Below, one piece after another: positions 11,760 through 24,474 of a stretch of DNA of 64,000 nucleotides (its first letter is position 1; each line of letters starts with the position of its first letter). The translations under genes and the position numbers were made by a program. Source of the stretch: Chlorokybus atmophyticus (taxonomy: Eukaryota; Plantae; Mesostigma and Chlorokybus algae); the NCBI GenBank assembly GCA_009103225.1, contig RHPI01000003.1:62001-126000 (forward strand). Reading direction: 5' to 3'. The notes beneath the pieces are model-generated. The model ran no database searches. It saw only the letters and a list, made by a program, of their open reading frames with translations, and was not told the DNA's origin.

Positions 11760-12800
11760 CAAAAATTTCGATACCATCATCGTGACTAGAATATCTCCTT
11801 CATAAAATCACGCTTACTAACCAGCATTGACACTCATAGTAAAGGTAAACTCTATGCCTAGCAAAATTATTTATGTATCTTCGCTCGCAAAGGTTCGGAA
11901 TATAAACCCTACCTGCGCCGTCGCCGACTTCCGCACTGTTCGTATCAAGGTACGATGTGAACACAATCTCCCCGATTTGCACACAACCGTCCGTTGACAA
12001 TGATGTCTGACAGCTTGCGTCAAAGCCTCAGCCGGGTCACGTGACCTACGGTACCCTTCAAGAAGGCAAGTCGTCAATTAACTCAGGAACCCCTAATTCG
12101 TAGTCAACTCCATCCGTTTGACGATGCAGTGAGCAGAGTGAGGCGGGGGGGTTGGGGCTGTTAGGCCTATTGCCTGCCGTTGTGCAACATCTGCGCCGCC
12201 GGCTCGGGCGACTTGACTGCTGGTCTGACCGAGAGTCGCGACTCTGACGTCCCTCGCGATGCAGAGGCTCAGAGAACTGTCGACACCCTTGCGCTTGGAG
12301 CGTGGGTTCTATCCGTGGTACGGGTACCTTTGAGGTCACATGCGTGTCGCTACTGACCTGCTGACTGCTGGCTTCACTCAGCACTTCGTCGATGACTTGA
12401 TGAAGGTCGGGCAGACACGAAAGCTGCGAATTGTGACAGCCGGTCCCGCGACCCCGTGCCAGTTAGGGCTAGGATTAGTGGCATACGTGGTGCGACAATG
12501 CGTGCGAATTACTACCTGAAGCAGGAAATGTACTGGTAAGCTTGCTTCTTTTCCGCGCCAGGACCGCTTCCGTGCTGGCACCGTGCCGGCTGCTCGGTAG
12601 GCTACTAAGCTGTAATTGTCAATAGCTGTCACTGGTGATGATGCATCGCAGTTGCGATTCGCAATTTTTGTCCGCTGACCTAGCGAGGCGAGCACTCTGC
12701 AACATGTCCCGCACAAGTCGTGGTAAGTGGCGCTGTAACTCACAACCTGTTTGTATGTTAACTTGTATGTAAGGAATGTAGTAAACATATCCATACATTC
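11760..12800 (-). mobile_element. Possible highly degraded LTR-retrotransposon gag/protease remnant
   Basis: Minus-strand VQIGEIVFTSYLDTNS resembles a retropepsin V.I.G....LDTG motif, preceded by an R/S/P-rich segment; many stops. Weak. Confidence 0.25.
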
Positions 12801-13066
12801 TACACCTGCTATGCAGAGTGTTACAAATTTGATTGAACACTGGTTACAGTTTGTTTCAACTTCAATTTAAGCTTATGGTAGCTGTGGTGCATCTCGTTGT
12901 GTATAAGATGTAGTTTTGTTACCATGAAAATTATACATGAAAACACTCTAAAGTAATTGCTACGCGTTGCAACCATTATTCATTGTAACGCTCTAATATA
13001 ACGGTCTTTGATATGCGTCAACGACACACTTATAGTGGTTGTCGTCAATTATGCATAGGCGCGCGA

Positions 13067-13081
13067 GGGGGGGGGGGGGGN

Positions 13082-13147
<66 letters not shown>
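13067..13147. other. Poly-G tract with embedded N (probable assembly join)
   Basis: About 80 G with an N at 13081. Confidence 0.8.
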
Positions 13148-13148
<1 letters not shown>

Positions 13149-14749
13149 GTAATTAATGAATTGAAAACTATTTGGCCAATACTTTTTATAGAGATTTCAC
13201 GGCACTACGGTATATATGTATCCAAGCTGCAATTAGATGTGATAAATGATTGTAAGCTGCAAAAAGTTTAATGTAACTTAAGGTTACATTACGCGTCATG
13301 CAACAAATGATCATGCAACGCATTGCGTGATGATATGTTACTGCACATCGAGTATGCAAACACACTGTGCATGAATGCGATAGTATAAATATGTACAAGA
13401 TATGTTGTATATATGTGAAATGTAAGTTGTATACACAGATATATTTATAAACTTGTAACATTGAGACATGCATTTTGAATGAATTGTAAGGTATATATAT
13501 AGTTGGACACAACCTTAAGGCTCCTCATGTAACTTAATATATATATGATTACATGTGGCGCTTAAATGTTGTGAGAAATTTTTGAAAGTAAGTATATATA
13601 CGTGTAGCGCAATTTATCACACAAGCTGTCATAAGCAAGAATGTGAGCACTGCATAAATTTAAAAGTGCAATGTGCTGTCGGTAGGCATGGCTACCCAAC
13701 TCATGACCACCGCAAATTGATGAAACGTCGTCGCAAAGTGCGCAACTAGACCTATTGGTAACTGAATAGGGCTTTCCATGCTACCGGCTGCACAGAGTGC
13801 CGTCTCGGCACATGCCCGCGGTCAAAGCTCGTCCGTCACGCGTATCAATCAATTGCGCCAAGCGTTACTGGGGTGGAAAAGCACAAAATAAAACAACTAT
13901 GCCTCGGAGGTTAAAGATCGTCAGCGACAGGCATCACGTGCCCTGCTCAGCACTTCTCAATGGACTTTGACAATTGTATCCCCGTGACTGTTGTTGCTAA
14001 ATAAGCACGCGAAGGCACAAGCCGGTTTCGCAACCGTGTAACCGTAAACCCCTCAGCTCTCCGAACTCAAACAAGCCGAGATATTTCTAACCGCGGACCG
14101 GCGCAAACTGACTTCCTTCTCACTGCGATTCGTCCCGGTAGTTACGAGCAGTGTGCTTACGACCGGTCGGACGGTTAAAGAGAGCACACAAACAAAAACA
14201 GCCAACATCATGACATTGAGACCGCGCCCCTCATTCACCAGGGTTAGGGTTAGAACGAACCGAAGCTCTACCCGCGGTTGTTGTTGTTTGTTCTAACCGA
14301 GGTTCGACGGTTCGGCGTTGCTGCTGCCGCCGCTGGCCACTGTTCAGAGCGTTGACCAAAGCGGCAGCACGGGGATATTGTTGAGGGGGGAAGCTTAGCG
14401 TAGCTTGGATCAGTGTGCTGTTGTTGGTGTGCCTTGTCGGTGTGCTTGTGCTGGTGGGTGTTAGGGCGGCGATCGTGGAGGCGGCGGAGCAGGACGGCGT
14501 GTGTAAAGACAGACAGTGGCCCTGCAGCCGGCGGCGGTAGACAACAAGCAGACAGACAGACAGACAGATAGAGAAGCGATGGACTGCTAACTAGGGCTCC
14601 GGCGCCTGCGCTGGGCGCCGTCTATACCAATCAGTGTATTTTACTGGATATACACACGCAATAAGCATTAGACAACGAGAGTAAGTGAATGTTTTTGTGC
14701 TAAGGGTCCTGTTAGGAGGAGTGCGTGGGGTGTTTCCCCCCTCAGTTGG

Positions 14750-17235
14750 ATGCAGCAGGTTGAGGGGGAAGGCGGCGTATCCGCATTAGGGTGGTACCAA
14801 AGTCAGCTGTCAGCTGCGGTTGCTAGCAGCGGTGGCAGCACCAGCAGCAGCAACTCAGCAGCTCACCATCAGCACCTCCGGCAGGGAGCTCCTCCTAGCG
14901 GAATCAACAGCATGATGATGATGCAGGACTGGTGGCACTCCCCCCTTGATCAAACACAGGTAATACCACGGTGCTTTGTCGATAGGTCAACTCTACAGCA
15001 TTAGCAAAGAGATGTACAAAGCAGTGGCAGTGTTACACATGCTTCGGTTAATAGAGGCGATGCTGCCTGGAGCTTGTCAAGCGCGTGTTAGAGCTCGGTC
15101 AATGATATAGTAGTTCTGTCTGCTTGAACACTAGTCAGCTTGCAAGCTGCCGAGCAGTCGCAATGTTCATCCTTCTGTAAGCTCTCTTCACAGAGAGTTG
15201 CTTCAGTGGGAGTGGTATTTTCAGCTCGTTGTGCTTGTTGGCTTTGCCAGTCGTCTTCTACTCACAACCTCGAACAAGCTGTTGCTGAGGGCTGTTGCTA
15301 ATGTCACACGCGCGTGGCAGGTTGCGGCTCGCCTGCCACTGCAGATGCCTCCCCAGTTGGACACACAACAGCAGCGCGCGCTTCAGCAGCAACAGCAGCA
15401 GCAGCAAACTCCTCCTCCCGTCACGGGTCCCCCGAGCCAATTGCAAGCCAATCAGAACGCCTTCAAGTTCCTGTCTCAGGTGCAGAGAGAAGTGTGTCCT
15501 TGTTCTTCACCCGCTGCGGCCTGGCCCGTGGCGGTAATGCTGGCCTGCCTGATGTTGTGTGTACTTATCGTCCTTATTGCATTGGCGCAGGACGCCTCCT
15601 CGGAGATGTCGGGGCTGGCGGGGATGGGCGGGTATAACGGCGGCATGAGTATGGGCGGTGCCGGTGGCGTAGGTGTGGGTGTGAGCAGCGGGCCGGCAAC
15701 GCATCCGCTCGCCCAGCTCGGACCCCTTGCGCATCACTCCCTCGCCCAGCACCACCAGTTTCAGCACCCTGCCCACAACCCCTTACAGGTGCGTGTGTGC
15801 GTGTGTTTGTGCGCACCAATGTACAAAAGGCACACATTGTGTCGGGTGCTCAAAGAGCGTGTGTGCTTCTGTTGCAGTGGCGAAGCCCGATGGCGAGGCC
15901 CATGGTGATGGACCCGTACGGGCCCTCGGGCCCGGTTGGCATGGGCGGCGGCGCGGGCGGCGTTGTTGGTGGCGGCATTGGAGGCGGCCCTATGAGCCTT
16001 GACGACCAGTATAATGCTGCCACGAGAGCGATGTCGATGTCCTCGTTGCTGGCTGCCAGCGGCATCGGGGGCCACTCTTCCCTGCCCAACACCCGCTGCG
16101 TGTCTCCCCTCGGCGACTGTATGCTCTCCCTCAACTCGCACGTGCAGGTGAGAGCAGAGCTCCTGTAGTTATTTGCGTACGTGTACGTGTGTACCACTCG
16201 CGCTCACACGTACACAACTTGCAGGCGCACGCCAACCCGTTCCAGCAGCTGCCAGCGAGGCCGATGAGCGCAAGCGGGAACGGCCCTCAAGTTGTTGGAA
16301 ACGGAACCGCGGGGATGGACCACGACGCGGCGGCGGCACACGAACTGCTCCTCCGCCAGCCGCAGAACCCGCTCGCCCTCAACATGATGCTCGCCAACAA
16401 GCTCGGGGCCATGGCTGGGGCCGGAGGCGGCCACGTGGGTGCGGGTGGGTCTGGCGGCATAGGCAACATGGGGCGTCGGATGGCTATCGTGGTGAAGGGT
16501 CAATGGACGATTGAAGAAGACGAGGCGTTGCTTCAGTTGGTTGAGAGGTACGGCGCGAAGAGGTGGTCTTTGATAGCCGCGCACATGCCCGGGCGCATAG
16601 GCAAGCAGTGCCGTGAGAGGTGGCACAACCACCTGCAGCCGGACATCAAGAAGGACGTGTGGACGCCCGAGGAGGAGGCCCGTCTGGTGGCCGCGCACAG
16701 CATGTGGGGCAACAAGTGGGCCAACATCGCCAAGATGCTCCCGGGACGCACCGACAACGCCATCAAGAACCACTGGCACGCCACCATGAGGCGCAAGGAC
16801 CGCCACGGTCAGGTGCGCTCATCCATCCTACGCGACTACATCACTAAGCACCAGCAGCAGGCTCACCACGCCAACAGTAGTGGTGGCGGGTCCTCCGGCA
16901 CGTCCTCACGCCCCACGTCCTCCTCACCGTTGGGCGCCGGCTACAACCACTATCACAATGCCCAGCATCACCACCATCACCACCACTCCCACTCTGCACG
17001 CAACTCCCCTTCTCCTCAGGTACTATCACGGTCAACAGTTGTGTTGTTGTGCACCGCCAACTCGAAACCCATATTGCTTCTGGCTGCTTACACGTGCATC
17101 GCTGTTGCTGCGCAGACACCTCCCACGCCGCATCTCAACAGCGGGTCTGATATGGACCCGCTGGATTCGGCGTCGGACATTGCCGAGGGCGAGTCGAGCC
17201 ACCGCCGCATGCCGCTTCAGAGCATGACGGTGTGA
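14750..17235 (+). CDS. R2R3-MYB transcription factor (MYB98/MYB64-like clade), multi-exon; 3' end uncertain
   Basis: Exons about 14750-14959, 15345-15479, 15591-15788, 15878-16147, 16225-17019 and 17116 onward, with phase-consistent GT/AG. R2R3: [103 protein letters not shown]-rich flanks. Confidence 0.92.
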
Positions 17236-18710
17236 CCCACCCACCCACTCACCGCGCGTGCCACGACGGCGTTATTAGAAATGTCAACCCACCTCCTGAT
17301 AAGGACTGTACCATTACACCCCTGTACTCCCCCCACCCGTCTCCCCTGCTACCAACCTACGCACACGCCTCACTCGTGTCGCTGTGCGAAAGGGGGCCCT
17401 TTCGCACAAACCCAACTATAACATTTCCATTCTTGATAAGCTGTTCCACCGGCAGTAGACCGGCATTCAGATGCTGCACCTCCCGTCTCCATTTGATCGA
17501 TGAGGGCCCATCCTTTCCTCTCCCCCCCTCCTCCTCCTCCTCCTCCTCCTGACTCTGTTTAGGCACATTGGAGTTGCGCTGTGTCTCCTCATACCAACGG
17601 CAGGCGCCGATACGACGATGACACACCACCAGACAACGATGACAAACCCACATAGTGCAGAAGACTTAGCCTGAGCCCTCAGTTCATCATCCTCTTGTGC
17701 CATGATGACGGCCTATCCATGGCAGCCATTGGGTGCGGTGTAAAGCATTTTGTCTGCGCCCCTTCTTTTCCATTTACGACAGTGATAGGGAACAGAAAGC
17801 AGGGGTGTTTTTATTGGCACGCGGCTGCACCGACCATTAGGCTTTGCTTGGATACGCTGGGGGCCTAAACCAAAACTCCTACTTGACAAACAGCAATGGC
17901 TTCTGACTCTCGGGTTTCTTCACTTCTATCTCAGAAGGGGGAGACCTTGACAATATATAAGAAGAGTGGTATCAGGACAGATATACAGGCCCGTCGTAGA
18001 GAAACCGGGCTAGTGGGTTGTGTGCTGCCTGTATACTGGCAGCCTATGCTGCCCATTTCAATAAACATATCGGTTTCTTTTGTTCACCCGGCTTGCTGCT
18101 ATATTCCAGTCAAGAGTGCCATGCATGTCACGTTCCCTTCATTGTGAGAAGTCCATAACTGCACCGCTGATTGACTTGCATCAGCATCCTGCAAGCCATG
18201 TGCACGAACATTCAAGTGCGATGAAAGCAGCGCTGCAACCGCATGCTGTTGCGTCATACCTCCTGTTATGGTGAGCCAGTGGGCTCAATGGGCGATTGAT
18301 CAGGTGTGCAGTAGGTGAGATGAGCACGGTCACACCAGACACATGACTTTCTCGTACACTTGCAAACAGCAGCACAACAACCACTAATCAGGATGCTTGC
18401 CACCACCTGCGCATCCTCAAGGCGCCAGTCATGCAGGTGCGCCACCGTCTGCACAACACGCTCACACATGCACACAAGCGTCACCATCAATGCGCGCAAC
18501 TGCAGCTGCTCCCAATGCAACGTTATCTTGTAGGATGTACCTCAGGTTGTATCACGGGTTTAACATCACAATGCCTGTACTACTCAGATACGCAAAAACA
18601 TTGACTCACAACAGTGACAACTGCCACAACACTGACTACGCAAGTTCACAAGCGCAATTATTGAGTGCCCGACACAACCATGACTAAAACTTACTGCACA
18701 TTTGCGTGCA

Positions 18711-21700
18711 TTAAGCCGTGACGAGTACCGGGCCCATACGCCCTGCAAGGGAGTGGATGTTGCGCTTGATGGGCGGCATATCTGCCACAATGTGTGTGGT
18801 AGGGTAGAGCTTCAGCCACTGTACAACAATGGCCTTCATTGCGAGCGTGCCGAGATCTTTGCCGGGACACAAATGACGACCGCCGCTGCGTGCACACAAG
18901 GGTTGTATGCCGCATTAGCTGCTACAGTCACATAGATGCGCACGTGCTGTTGTGAGACCAACATTGCTGGCTGGACAGAAGCTATGCACGATGGATGCTG
19001 TGCGGTCGACTCGAAACAACTTGACCCTGTGCTGCATACAACTTGCACAGATTACATGAGCTCAGAAGAACCTGACAAGCATACCTGAATGGCAGCCAAG
19101 TATACTTTGCTTTGAGGTGTTCCTGGCGCGGCGGCAAGAACCTCTCCGGCTCGAATGCATCAGGATTCGCGTACACTTTTGGGTCTGTTGACAGGAGGAT
19201 GTGTGGAATGCCGACAAACGTACCGCAAGGAAGCACTCTGGATTCACCGGTCTCGGCAAGGGTGCACTGCAGGTTCAAAAGCGTTGGTGAGTATAAGGCC
19301 TAACATGAACTTTGTGCAGCAGGTTCTCTAGTAGCTACTATTTCCATGCACCATGCACGCACACACGCATGCACAAACTTACACGGAAAATGCACACCTG
19401 CACAGACACGTGTGTGCGCACACCCATGCACGTGCGTGCGTGCATGCACCTAGACGCACACGCATGCACACGAGCACACTCAAGTAGCCCAGTACCTGAA
19501 ACCCTTCTTTGGCCACCACACGCCGCATCGTGCCTATCGGGTGATGTATCAACCGGAGGGCTTCCTTGAGGACAGCATCGAGGTACTCCAGCGCGTTCAG
19601 CTGTTCAATGCCAAGATCGCTGACATTCGCAGTGTCGGGGAACGCGACGTCTACTTCCTGCAAACTTCACGTCAACAACAGTGGCCAGTTGCATTCACTC
19701 AAACCAGCTGGCATCCAAGAGGGAGTACGCCGTGTGTCAGTCAGCACACACCTGTTTGAGCTTCTTGAACACAGCAGGGTGAGACAGAAGGTATGAAAGC
19801 GCTTGGGAGCTCCCAATGGCTGGATTGTTGAACGAACCCAAGATGGCAGCCAGCATGAACTCCGCCACGGCATCAGGAGTCAACATGTCGATTGACTCCG
19901 GTCCCTCTGTGTGATGTTTGATACTTGTCTAGTGAAACACATCAATGATAAAAAGCTAGATTCATTTGCTAACAGGACAAAGACCATCGGCTTGATCACG
20001 CTATGTGCTGCAATGCTGTTGGGTGTTGGGTGTAAACCAACACCCAACATGCTGTCAACATGTCATTGGAGCTTTACCTGTTTCAACATGATACTCGACG
20101 ACATAATCCAGGTACGACTCATTGGGTCCATAGCGCGGCAGCTCTTCTCCATCAGACTTGGCTCTCTGCTCTTTTAACACACGCTTGAGCGTGGCGGTGA
20201 GCTTGTCGCGGATGACGGCGGCGAGTGTTTGCGAGAGCTGCTTCTTCTGCACATCCACCTTCTTCCACGTGGACGCCGTCATGAACTTTGGTAAGAAGAA
20301 TGTGCTGCGCATCGCACGGCCCTTCAAACGCTGGGACATGATGATTTGCTCGTACAAGCCCGAGCTAAGCACCTGCGCAAAATTGCACACACTATGTGTA
20401 GCAGTGGCGTTGCATGCAAGCGTGTGTTGACATGTTGGTTTGTGTTTGAGACTTGAGGTTGGGTTGGGGTTGACAGCGCAGCAATTGTGCTTAGGGTTGG
20501 AATGCATAGGGTTTCAGCCAATCATAACCTAACGAGGAGCTGGCTTTCAACAACACCACAATTTATAACAAGACTGGACAACAGAGTGTCTGAGTTAGCT
20601 AATTGTCCAATGCACACCTCATGGCCGACAAAGGCGGACATGTAAGCTTTGCTCATGACGCCGTGCATGACTTGGAAGACGTCGGCGGGGTTGTCGCTGG
20701 AGCACTGGGCCAGCTCCTCCTTGAGCAGCGCCGCGGACTCGGCGGAGAAGCGCCGCACGAAGCTGTCGAGCCGCGGCCCGTTCGTCATCTTGCGCTTCAC
20801 CAGCTGACGCGTGATGTCCGGGATGTCCGTGAACAGAGGACGCTCCTCCTTCCGCCTGAACCCGAAGTCCTGCGCACATGTTACACATAATCTTGGCGAC
20901 ATTAACAACACTGATGTCAATGATAAAAATGACTGTGAGCGTGAGCAAGAGCATGAGGATGAGTGCCTGCATGCTCGCACATGTGTGTTTGTGTGTGTGA
21001 GTGCACGTGTGAAGCTTCTATGCTTACAGAAAAGGCTGCATGGGCGTTGAGGACATCTTCAGGCGCCCTGTAGTAAGCGCCTATGGCGCCCTGGTCTGCA
21101 AGCAGCACGATCTCACGCCCGGCCAGACTCATGCCGAACACGGCCCCGTACTTCGCGCGCTCACGCCTTTTACCAAAACAGAGGAGTGTTGTTCAACCTC
21201 CCAATGCTTGTGGGTACAGGTGGTCATGTGCTTGCGTACATAGAACAGCCAGACAGATAGGCAAAATGGATTGGACGCCTGAATACTGGTGTTCATCAAT
21301 GTGGGCGTTTGAGAACAATCACGCGTGCAAACCATGGACAACACTCACGCCCAACTGTGTCACCTCATATTGTACCTCACAATGCAGTGGCACCTCACAA
21401 CAGGTAATAAGGCGTGCAAACTCACGCAACGTGCATGCATGCTCGCTGCCTGCGCAATGTGGCAATGTGGTGTGCTCTGTGACACACAAAACACAAAACA
21501 GCTGCGTCCTCGAAGGCGTCAGCACGCTTGCATTCACGTGACACGGACCCAAAATTGTGCTGCAAACAGCGCTGATCTACTATCAATCATAGGAGTTTGA
21601 AGCTGAAAGCAGCAAAAGGCGTCAGCCAGGCTTACTGCAGCCAGCCGACAGGGTCCTTCATGTAGGGCACCATGACGCCCAGGATCGGCATGCCCTGGGC

Positions 21701-21796
21701 GATATGGACGCCATTGCGCCACTGCCGCCGCCCTCCAATTAATGCCCCCAGCAGAAGCAACGTGCTGAGTGCCACAGCCGCCCACGCCCACTCCAT
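18711..21796 (-). CDS. Cytochrome P450, divergent, CYP51-like scaffold with a non-canonical I-helix
   Basis: N-terminal anchor MEWAWAAVALSTLLLLGALIG; YMKDPVGWLQRERAKYGAVFGMSLAG; K-helix KEALRLIHHP (ExxR); PDAFEPERF (PERF); heme loop WLPFSGGRHLCPG spliced across exons; stop TAA at 18711. Confidence 0.92.
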
Positions 21797-24474
21797 GACT
21801 GCTTTACAGATGCCACCACCGCCGCCGCCAATGCCACGGCAAACACTGCCAGCGACATGCAGGCGAAACTGGCGCCGCGTCAAGTCGTGACAACAACAGT
21901 CATGATAGCGGTCATCATGACCGACTCACAGTGAGCGACATTCCGTGCAACATGCAAGCAAGTGTGTCAGTACGGGCTGGTGTCGACTACCTGTTCACAA
22001 TGACAATTGCAACCCATCTATGCAACTTGGACAGATATGCTCACCCTTGTCATAGAGTGTCAACACATGGTCATTTTTATTAAATTCATGTTTGCGGTTA
22101 TGTGCATGTATTTTCGTCTAGTATATCGTATGATATATATTTAATTTACGCAATTCATTAAAGTCACGTGGTTTCACGATCAATTGTTTCAAACTGTCTC
22201 TTGTATAAAATCTCGATTTTTTATAATGCATTATTTCGAGTAATAAGTTGCTAACTGTTGTTAACAATTATGCTAACCATTAATACAATGTTAGGTCGTA
22301 TACATGTATAATTGCTCACACACATATATACATCGCACGGCACACTATTCACTCTCCGCCCCTGCTGCTGCTGCTGCAGCCTTGCTTGCCTGCTTGCTTG
22401 CTATACTAGAGCGGGAGGACATGGGTCTATCCTTTCGCGTTGTTGCTACAGTGGCAGGTCGGCTACTTGCCCATGAAATCTGCTGTGCTTGCTGCCTGCT
22501 GCCCGCTTCTTCGCCCCATTTCATGCATATGATTAGTGCACATAGGCAATGCTCCTGCCCCTATTGTAATCATTGCAACAAAGGCATGACGCCTAGCTGC
22601 ATGTGGCTGTGCTTGTGTGCGTTTCGGATGTTTTGCATTTGTATCATTGGAATGCCCATACATGCAGATGACAACGCCATCATTGAAATGATGAGGTAAC
22701 GGTGGGCGATGTGGGCGAAGGAGGAGGGTAAGTTCATTGGGTCTGCTGCTAACATCCCTACAAGCATGGGCTTTTTGATGATCTTGATGCAAATGTGCAC
22801 ACGCGCAAGCAAACACAAGCACAAACACATACACGCACACAAGGCAGCTAGCCGATAGCAGATAGGCGAGAGGAAACTAATAAAGCATTGGCAAGGGCTT
22901 GCTAAGCCGTGTGCTCGTAGCTAAGTGCATGAGCGGGTTGAGGGCGAAGGGGCGGGGCAACAAGCGGCGAGGCAGAAAACAGCAACAGGTCTGAACAATC
23001 AAGTACTGAAAGTTAGGCGCGGGGACTTGTGGAGGGCGCAAGCAAAGGCAGCGGAGGCAGCAGCAGTCGGCAGGCATGAGGCGAAATGCCAGGTGGTGTA
23101 GATGCTGTGCATGGTTGTGTGTGAATGATGGCATAGGCGTGGCGGCAGCAGGCTGTGTAGCGGGCATTTCCCCTCTATGGTAAGACCCGTAGTACTACGG
23201 GCTGTCGCTATTAGTGCGCAACTGCGGTCACATGCAATTGCAGTCGCGGCTACGCCACACCCACCCAAATGCACAAGCAATAGCTCTTAGCGATTAGTAG
23301 TTAGGAGTTGGCCAAGAATATCACCCAGTCAATCAGTCTATGAAGCCGCCACCAATAGCTATCACATGTTAGTGGTCAGGACTGAACAAAGCAGCAGCAC
23401 AATACAGTCATTCACAGCACGAGCAAGCAAGCATCGGGCCGCAAAGCAACAGCCGTGATAAAGGTGGTTACTCCTTCTCCTTCCCTTGCTCCCTACCTTC
23501 CCATACTGCTCCCGCCAGCTTGCAATCTTGCTGTGCTAGCGTTGTGGTCTAGCATGGTTTGTCGATAGCGCTGTTCTTGACCCCCTCATAAATGTTAATG
23601 CTATGTTTATGTGCAATGTGTGCATGCATGTTTGTTGTCACACTTCTACTCGCATCTTTTTGCTTTACATACATGCAGAACATGTCGTGACATAATAAAG
23701 TGCTATATTGTAATGCATAAACAAATTACAAAAGTGTACAAAGTATCTTGAATGTATATTGTAACAAAGTAAATTTGCATATCATTGGCACTTGTAGTGG
23801 GTTGAGTGATCAATGCTTGTGATCATCATTACTTGAACATACTACATTGCTCAACATGAGCTAAAATGTCTACAACTTAATAGAAGGGTTTAGCCGATTG
23901 CTTGCGATCATATCAAGAATTGCCAGCAATTATCTACATCACATAATTCAGCACATTGTCAAAACTTGCAGCGCACTTCGCAGAGGCACGGCCTCACTTG
24001 TCTGCGACCTCATCAAAGGTAATTGATAACAATTGGTTGTCATCAATTATTTGACATTACATCGTTTTAACCACCTTGACGATCTGCAGCGACCTTGTTT
24101 GAGGCTACTACACAATGTATACGAGTTCATGGCATGTGGTGGTAATGCTTACGTCGCATCTGCAACTATTGCAGCATGTACATCATCAACCTACGGTAGA
24201 GACCTTGTTAAGGGCTGTGGGTCACAGCCTGTGACCTGGCTTGCTCGTGACACATTCATGTATTTCGTGACCATGACATGAATGTGATAGGTGTATGATG
24301 TTGTGGCCATGAACTCTATTGTACCCATGATGGTAGTACAACCGCATCACGGAGTCATCGTAAAGTACATACCAGACTTGTCTGTGAAGTCAACAGCGCA
24401 GATTGTAACATTTCAATCAAACATAGTAGAACACGCACCAGCAGGAGACAATCACTTGTGCGGTCTAACAAACA

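Noticed and set aside
13067-13147. Functional G-quadruplex or poly-G element
   Set aside because: It contains an N and resembles the homopolymer-flanked gaps at 51126 and 52390; probably an assembly artefact.
18840-19870. Assignment of the P450 to CYP74
   Set aside because: Despite FN and CxGKD, the heme loop is canonical FxxGxHxC without the CYP74 insertion, and the N-terminal region is CYP51-like.
22300-23300. Separate gene between the P450 and SUF4
   Set aside because: Overlapping short ORFs have no recognisable motif or consistent exon chain; likely promoter or UTR sequence.
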